A DNA stretch of 60,365 bases, counting the filler, from Sphacelaria rigidula (lineage: Eukaryota): assembly GCA_964200075.2 (NCBI GenBank). It is 9 parts of 9 records of this genome, joined end to end, with 100 filler letters (N's around TTAATTAATTAA, not from the genome) between each part and the next. Parts side by side here need not be neighbours in the genome. Positions count along the whole stretch, not along the records: positions 47,030 to 53,647 come from CAXNAA020019027.1; positions 53,748 to 60,365 come from CAXNAA020019028.1; 7 more parts are not named here. One strand, 5' to 3'. Position numbers and translations under genes: made by a program. Shown here in pieces: positions 52,744-60,365 of this stretch; position 1 is the stretch's first letter; each line of letters starts with the position of its first letter. The notes under the pieces are model-generated. The model saw only the letters and a list, made by a program, of their open reading frames with translations, searched no databases and was not told the DNA's origin.

Positions 52744-53499
52744 ATGGGTCGTCCTATAAGCCCGGGGCACAGGGGGTGGTGGCCGTGGTGCAGCCCATGG
52801 GTAGCATCCTGCCTCATTCTGAGCAGCAGATCAAGATTAGTGCTGGCTCGGCAAGTGTCGCCGAATGCAGCGACCCAAGGTGCAGCCGCAGACCGGCTGT
52901 CGCCATTTTTGAAGGGACCCGTGGATTGTGCCGGTGCCTGTGCTGTCGGTTGCGGCGGCAGCAGCGGCGGCAGCAGCAGCGACGCGAAGACGCATGATGA
53001 TGGTGGCGCCGACAGCAATACGGTTGCACAGGCAGTGCAATATCGTGAGATTTCTTCTGATACATGCGGTAGTAATTCGCCTTCATCTGCAAATTTTTGT
53101 GTTGTCGAGTTCGTAGAAGGCGACAACAGCAACTGTAACTGCAACTGCGACGACTGTTGGGAGCAGCAGTTACCGTCACAGCTCTCATCGGCAATGTCAT
53201 CGCCAACACATAGGGACCCTCGAACAATACCGGACGCCAACGTAGCGCCAGAGCGGCAAGAGCAGCAGCATGAAGCGGAATTCAGGGGCAATGACAGCAT
53301 ATCGCTGGTTAGATTTCTTCAGGGCGGGGCAACTCATGAAGCAACCAGCAGCCGCGGCGTGGCAAAGCTAGTTAGCGGCGGCAGGGTGACGGTGCCAAAC
53401 AAGAGCGCACCCCGACAAGACGCCAGAAGTATCTTGAAAAGATGTCTGCAGAGCGCGGGAAGGGGCGGGCTCCCAGGAGCGATGGCGGGGATACTTCAG
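52744..53499 (+). CDS. First exon of mitochondrial-carrier-like (SLC25-related) protein with long N-terminal extension
   Basis: open 252 codons ending ILKRCLQSAGRGGLPGAMAGILQ|gttagt, resembling the start of algal carrier-like domains (ALGGGLPGAxAxxxQV); rest outside the contig. Confidence 0.6.
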
Positions 53500-53747
53500 G
53501 TTAGTCATTCTAAAACAACGGACGGGAGCCAGGTGTCAGTGTTCCTGTCTGAATTACAGAACTTTCCCCCCCCCCCCCTTGACAAGTGGTGAGGCAGTGT
53601 ATAAGCAGTTGCTGTCTCTGGATGTGGCGATACCACAGAATAAAGCANNNNNNNNNNNNNNNNNNNNNNNNNNNNNNNNNNNNNNNNNNNNTTAATTAAT
53701 TAANNNNNNNNNNNNNNNNNNNNNNNNNNNNNNNNNNNNNNNNNNNN

Positions 53748-53818
53748 CTAACCCTAACCATAGGGGTGTTCAAATTCCTATGCGGTCCTCTAAGCACGCG
53801 GTCCTCTCACGCATTACA
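53748..53818. mobile_element. TTAGGG-bearing TIR element, partial, reverse orientation
   Basis: ctaaccctaacc...gcggtcctctaagcacgcggtcctctcacgcattaca. Confidence 0.8.
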
Positions 53819-54251
53819 GACGTTGTCCGTAGTTCGCACCCAACAACCCCAGGCTACACGGGCAGTGGGCAATATATGCAGAGCGTGTTGTATGAAGTTG
53901 GTAGCACTGGTCTCAACGTTGATAACGTACGACGGGAGACAACTGAGCAGCGTGTACATTCCTCGTTCATTGAACACTGTAGATATACACGCTCACCCTG
54001 CCTAAAACCTCAGCGCATCGCTGAATAATGCGGGTAGAACGTACTGTTAATAGCGGCGATCACCTGTTGGCGTTCTTGTCTGCAACACGGCCGCTATCAA
54101 TCGCAAGCGCGTGGTTTCGTGCTCCTATGCCCTCAGCCAACATAGTTTATGTCCAAGTTGCTAATACATCGCGTTTTTGGCAAGAGCTATGTCCAAGTCC
54201 AGTCCTTTGCAGATGTATTTTTGGAACTGTGCGCACCAGGCGAGTTTCTCC

Positions 54252-54461
54252 TGTAATGCGTGAGAGGACCGCGTTCTTAGAGAACCGCATCGGAGTTTGA
54301 ACGTCCCTATGGTTAGGGTTAGAGTTAGGGTCAGTGTTAGGGTTGAGGTCAGGGGCGTGGTTCCTGCATGGACTGACCCGATTGGTTTTGAAAGAGCCGA
54401 TCCTGAGGTGGTTTGGACTACGATCCGGTCTTCTAAGCACGCGGTCCTCTCACGCATTACA
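54252..54461. mobile_element. Complete TTAGGG-bearing TIR element (210 bp)
   Basis: TGT...ACA ends, ~30-bp TIR with 1 mismatch, 5-bp TSD tctcc (54247-54251, 54462-54466). Confidence 0.88.
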
Positions 54462-54857
54462 TCTCCCCCGCTACGACGCCGTTTGAACCCAACGACGGCT
54501 TCGACATTGGCTACGGACTGTGTGAGTGTATTGCAGCTGCGTATTCCGTGGCCCGTGGCGAAGGATATATATATATATATATATATTATTTTTTGTATTA
54601 TCGGAGAGTGCCTTGACGGAGTCGATCCTATGCTATAGGGATCAGATGTGAAGTGAGGGCAGACGGCAGTGTCGCAGCCGGCCCGAGCATGGTACTGTAG
54701 TCACACAAACTCGATTACCAGTACCCGTACGTCAGCATAAATCTATTCGCGCATGTGCATGCTAATTGACTATGCTCACGCTCTGCCATGAACAAGGTTG
54801 ATCTAGGATACAGTGCGGTACAAGTAGCATGCACCATGTTGCAATTGCCGAGGATTA

Positions 54858-55256
54858 GGTAGTCAATCAGAGGAATGATTGTATAATGACGTAGATTATG
54901 CGAGTACAGTTACGTGTGCAATACGGGGAACCTGGTTGTCTATCGCCCACGTCCTCTCAGTCCATCTTGGTTCTGGGTGCCAACTGCCTGCCTTGCTCTG
55001 GGGGTTTACCTAAGTGTATGTGGTGAGTCCGTGTGTGTGGTATTGAGTGGGAGAAAGGTAGCCAATCAGAGGAATGATTGTATAATGACGTAGATTATGC
55101 GAGTACAGTCATGTGTGCAATACGGGCAAACGGGTTGTCTATCGCCCACGTCCTCTCAGTCCATCTTGGTTCTGGGTGCCAACTGCCTGCCTTGCTCTGG
55201 GGGTTTACATAAGTGTATGTGGTGAGTCCGTGTGTGTGGTATTGAGTGGGAGAAAT
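54858..55256. repeat. Tandem duplication, 2 x ~199 bp
   Basis: near-identical units starting 54858 and 55057; related copy at about 57152-57430. Confidence 0.9.
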
Positions 55257-55460
55257 TGAACGTGCGTTATTGTGTGACTGAATGAGATTGGGTGGAGATT
55301 GAAGGAGTAAACGAGGTGAAGAGATAATCAAACGTGTTCTAGAATACTGCAATTTGCCTGAGCCAAGGTGCTGACCGCTGTTTACGCACTTGAGTTGTGT
55401 GGACGCTTACCCCGCATCAGAGCGGTCGATTACATGTTGACTCAGTTTACCCGTTCACAT

Positions 55461-55664
55461 TGTAATGCGTGAGAGGACCAGGTGCTTAGAGGACCGCATC
55501 TGAATTTGAAAACCGCCATGGTTAGGGTTAGGGTTAGTGTTGGGGTTAGGGTCAGGGCGTGGTCCCTGCAGGGACTGGCCCGATTGGTTTCGAAAAACGT
55601 CGATCCTGGGGTGTTTTGGACTACGATGTGATCCTCTAAGCACTCGGTCCTCTCACGCATGACA
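55461..55664. mobile_element. TTAGGG-bearing TIR element
   Basis: same TIRs and core; no TSD recognisable. Confidence 0.8.
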
Positions 55665-56141
55665 AACGCGTACCACCCGCAAAGCCGCCCCCTTGAATCG
55701 ATCCTTTGATCCTTCCTTCGCCGCACCGGCGGTGTCCTCGACACACAACCAGAGGGTCGATTCCCCACGGCTGTAGGAGCTGCGAGGAAGAAGGCCAATG
55801 TTGTATATCTACAGGTCCACTATGGCTTCAACAGTGGATACGGATTGTGCGAGTGTGTTGCAGCTGCTGTGGCGTCGATACAAGGCACATGGGACGAGCG
55901 CGGACAGGCATTCCACTCGCTGTACTTGGAAATAGCTTCTGTCCAACTCCAGTCGATTGGCGGGAGTTTCTGGCACTGTGTGCAGTAGGCGCGTTTCTCG
56001 TCCGCTAGAACGCCGTTTGCACCCCACGATAGCTTGAACGATGGCTACGGACTGTGTGAGTGTATTGCAGCTGCTGTGGTGTCGAATAATGGCACATGGG
56101 ACGAGCGCGGATAGGCGTTCTACTCGCTGGAGTTGGACATA

Positions 56142-56691
56142 CAGTAGTGGGCGGTCTAAGTATTCAGGGGTGTTTTGAGGGTATGGTCGCGTACTACTCT
56201 TCGATAAAACTCGAAATTACTAGCGTGGGTAGATTTTGGTACAACCAACATATCATCCTCGGAACACAGTGCCCACGTCAGTGATAGTTGGTGTTATCGG
56301 GCAATACGAGTAAATTCTTCGTTCATCAGGAGGGTGTTATTCACCGTGAAACACAGTTTTTCGGCCCTAGTGCCATGAGTAGCTAGAATTTCAGAAAAGT
56401 AAAACTGTACATTTCTTCACAAATATGATCGGGACAGGCTTGATTGACCGAAAGTACCGAGGAGTAAGAATCTGGGTTGAAACGTGGTGGGACTCCCGAT
56501 GACCGGTCAGCCCGTAAATCCCTCAACATTGGGTGAAGTTGATTTTCTCTTCTTGGAATGTGAAGTGGATACAAATATCCTCAAACCCCCAATGTGATGA
56601 GAGGTGGTAAGCGAAAAGAGCCAACAAAAATCGCCAATTACGAAAAAATCACAAAATGCCACAAAACGAATACCTAGACCGCCCACTACTG
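56142..56691. mobile_element. Tc1/mariner(pogo)-type MITE, same family as 43984-44530 (reverse)
   Basis: ta-cagtagtgggcggtcta ... tagaccgcccactactg-tg. Confidence 0.85.
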
Positions 56692-57794
56692 TGAGCTATT
56701 GTCATAAAGAGGGAGTTAGCTAATGCAGTGGCTGGGGTCTATCAGTATGAGTGCCGGGAGATACCATGGTGTCAGCCTCACCAAGCTCCCACGTGGGCAA
56801 ACTCATACAGACCTAGCTATCCTCCCTTGACTTATCACAATGTAGATTCGTTCATGTTCAGACTCTTGATAAGGAACTCACGTGTTTGCTTAGCATCATG
56901 TTTTATCTACAAGCAGCTCTCTTATTCAATACAGCCGCGGGGCAGCCATAGAAGCAGAGCGTAGTGATGGCCCAGGGTAGACCACGGCAAGGGCAGCAAC
57001 TGATCAAGAAGGGGGACCGCTGCGTGCGGCCGCGGCTAAACAACCCTAACTTATGACAGTAGCAAACGCGGTAACAACGCGTCACGGAATCCAGGGTCTA
57101 CGAGCAGACCCGCACAGAGTATATCTTGCAACGCCTCTGAGCTTCATCACACCATCTTGGTTCTGAGTTCTGGGTGCCAACTGCCTGCCTTGCTCTGGGG
57201 GATTAACGTAAGTGCACGTGGTGAGTCTGTGAGAGTGGTTCTGAAGTGAGAGGGATATTGAGCGTGTGTTACTGTGTGACTGAGTTGATTGGATTGTGTG
57301 AGAATGAACAGGGTGAAGTGAAGAGATAATACGAACGTTCTGGAACATTGCTATTGGCCTGAGCAGGTATTGACTGCTGTTCACCCACTTTATCTGTGTG
57401 AACGCTTACCCCCCATCAGAGCGGTCGATTGCACCTCTCCCCCCATAATCTCGGGCGAGTCCACATTGAAAATATTGTCGAACTACTGGTACCGGTTGTC
57501 CGCAGTACAAGTGTCCTAGTCTCAGTCACATTTTTGAAAACCACATAGATATAGAATCATGTATAAATAAAGATGAAAATATTGTTTTTTTTACTGATCA
57601 GACCCGCAACGAAATGGGAATACGAAACACGACCATGGAAGTTTGGAGTATTGAAGCCTGAAGCGGGTCGGTCTGTCTGGTGACGAGTTGCGCCACGGGA
57701 CCACTCGCGGGCAGCTGGCCACGGGAGGCGCAAACATATCGCAACTTTGTGCGCGCTTTATGCGCATTATATATTCGCGTCTCAAGCAGGGTAA

Positions 57795-59143
57795 CGCTTG
57801 GACCGCGAGGGTGGGTCACCTGCTGAATCGGCATCAATTTTCACTTGAAAAAAGTATGCGTGATCCAGATGGACTACCCGCATCGCGGTCTGAAGGTTAG
57901 CCCTTTGACCGCGAGGGTGGGACACCTGCGGAATCTTAATTTCCCTTGAAAAAGTGCGCGTGATCCAGATGAACTACCCGCATCGCGGTTTAGGGTCGCT
58001 CCTTGTAACACAAAAAAAAAATCTGAGAAAAGTGCTTTTTTGGAGCTTTTACGTCGTTCTACGCCCAAAAAGAGAGCTAGGCGGAGTTTGACACGTTAGA
58101 ATGACTTGCTCTACTATTTGAGGCGGTTGCAGGACATCTTCCCGTTTTCCGGTGGCCGCAGTTTTCATTAGTACTAAACAAGAAGTTTTGTCCGAGAGCG
58201 GTAAAAGCAGTCAAATCTACAAAAACTGCCACTTTTCTCTGGACTTGACTGTTGTTGTTTACCGTTCTTGGACAAAAAATCTTGTTTGGCCAAAATGAAA
58301 ACTGCGGCCACCGGAAAACGGGGAGTTGTCCTGGGATCGCCTCAACTAGTAGAGCAAGTCATTCTAACGTGTCAAACTCCGCCTAGCTCTCTTTTGGCGC
58401 GTAAACCGACGTCAAAGCTCCAAGAAGTCACGTTTTCAGATTTTTATTTTTGTCTCTTATAAGGAGCGCCAAGGGATAACCCTTCGAGCGCGAGTGTTGG
58501 TCACTTGCTGAATCGGCATCAATTTTCACTTGAGAAAACTATGCACGGTCAAGATGGACTGCCCTCACCGTCGAGGGGTTAATTCTACTGACAGTGAAGC
58601 AAAGAACAGGCAGACAGTCCAATATCTTGAGCACCGTCGTACCGTCGTATCCTAGGGCACAGTGCAGTGCACTCCACAATCACAGCACACGGCAATGCCG
58701 TGTGTAAAAACATGATGGCACAGTCGGTACAGCGAGAAAGTTAACCAGTCAATCAATCAGCAACGAATGAAACGAACACATCTTTTCACCACAACGTGTT
58801 AAACGAACAACACGCTGGACTTCAAACTCACCCCGGTGACATGCTGTCGTCAACACCGTATTGATAGGATCTGCGGTCGCTGTTATCGCACACTTCGTCT
58901 CTGGGGTCGTTCATTTATGGCAGCCGGCTTCCGTTGTGAATAACACACCTCATCGACATGTTCTGAACGCTGAACTACCCAAATTCACCCTTAGACGGCG
59001 AGGGCAGGTCACCTGTTGAATCGGCATCAATTCCACTTGAAAAAGTATGCCCAATCCAGATGGACTACCCTCCTCGCGGTCTAAGAGTTAGTCCTTGGAC
59101 AGCGATCGAGAGTTGGTCATCTGTTGAATCGGCATCAATTTCA
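57795..59143. mobile_element. Cluster of five ~100-bp piggyBac-type MITEs (57795-57896, 57901-57995, 58480-58578, 58988-59087, 59092-59143)
   Basis: reverse homologues of 6140-6241 separated by TTAA-like tetramers. Confidence 0.8.
57995..58470. mobile_element. Fold-back element (~215-bp arms)
   Basis: 57995-58214 pairs with 58245-58470. Confidence 0.85.
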
Positions 59144-60365
59144 CTCCTGTGTGACCCCGGCTAGTGCGCCCACATATACCGACAGGTGTAGACCGGCGTC
59201 CACAAGAGATGGAACGACAACACACATGTAGTTTTTAGTTGGTTTCATATTTTTATTTTTCCTTTTTATGCTTAATATTTCTGTATTTGAGATTTAGTAA
59301 TTCCCCCCGTCCCCCACCCCCCGAAGACCTCCAGGGTTCAAAAAAGGGGCATAGGGTCGAGGATTTGGGGGGGGGGGCACCATAACCCATTTCGAGCCAA
59401 GGCCAAACAAGAAGCGCCCTCTTCATGATGGTGTACGGTAACGAACTTAACCTCCCGCGGTACTGTACTGGAGTTCTCGAGGGGGCGAGACCGCCTTAGC
59501 ACGGAAGGTATGTACAAACGAGTAGTATGCCGTGCACAACTAGCGCAAACACTTCCTATCTCCTCATCCTGGTACTGGCAAGTGGAAGAAGATTCGCCGA
59601 GACACGGCGGCTGTCGCCGATTGAAGTGCTCATGTTATTTGCGCCCAGCCGATAGTAAATGCCGGCCACTAGTACCCATCTACAAACCCCGATCTCCGTT
59701 GTCGTGGGTACTATCACGTTCGTTGCCGATTTTTCCCGTGCGGAGGCAGAGATGATGGGGTTGAATGAGGCCATGGACACTACTTCAGCATGTATCGGAA
59801 GAACTATCAAGGGCGAGTGGCATCAAAAGGTTGCACGTTGAGATATCACATTGTACGGTTGACCAGCGCTTGGCGGAACATCAAAGCTACCAGTATCGTG
59901 AAAAATGGCAACGGATCTCATCGACTGTCGAAAGTAACCGTCTGGATTTGATGCTATAGAGTTGATGCAAGAGTAGGAAGCAAATTCTGGCTTTTTGAAT
60001 TGGCCCATTGATTCGAGTGCTGGTGCCGGGGCATATTAAGTGGCTTCGTCGCAGTTCACACCCGAGGCCCCAAGTTGAGGCCTTCCAACGGAGTAATGCT
60101 ACGATAAGGGTTGCACTTTTCGTTTTCGGGTCTCTTCGTAGAAACCCAAATATATGCGGCCTACTGTACAACCGAAATATCCGGGGACCAGACATGCAGA
60201 TGCACCCAGGGGCCTTTTCGTGAATCGGCATCGTTTCAGTATCATTTTTCACATGAAAATCATGCCGACTCTCAAAATGACCCGTTCAACACCCCGAGAA
60301 ACATTTTGGCTGAAAAAACAACCCCTATCGTGGCATCACTCAACGCACACTTACCCCAGAATGCA

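Noticed and set aside
1..60365. Functional cluster linking the acyltransferase, hydrolase, LNR protein and ALG11
   Set aside because: Genes lie on separate, artificially joined contigs.

Overview
Repeat-rich eukaryotic nuclear DNA, most likely a brown alga (Phaeophyceae; inferred from long GT-AG introns, LNR-repeat exons and stramenopile-type proteins). It is not one locus. Nine contigs of 6618-6619 bp are joined by identical 100-bp N44-TTAATTAATTAA-N44 linkers, so adjacency across linkers has no biological meaning. Partial spliced genes: an EF-hand LPCAT/LPEAT-type acyltransferase (contig 1), an unassigned gene with an apparent frame switch (contig 2), an LNR/Notch-repeat protein built from phase-1 exons (contig 4), the 3' end of an SGNH-like hydrolase (contig 5), a multi-pass membrane protein (contig 6), and ALG11 head-to-head with a carrier-like gene (contig 8). 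Contig 3 holds divergent decayed Ty1/copia and Ty3/gypsy elements. The rest is microsatellites, tRNA-derived SINEs, LINE 3' fragments and MITEs (piggyBac-, mariner/pogo-, hAT- and Ginger-like). Best leads: (i) a LINE family whose truncated copies all end at G/C tracts, two with C/G-rich target-site duplications; (ii) a TGT...ACA TIR element with a 5-bp TSD carrying TTAGGG-like repeats; (iii) a dense TGACAG/TGACGTCA cluster upstream of the membrane-protein gene; (iv) two different piggyBac-type insertions at the same TTAA of one host repeat. All assignments are by eye, without database searches.
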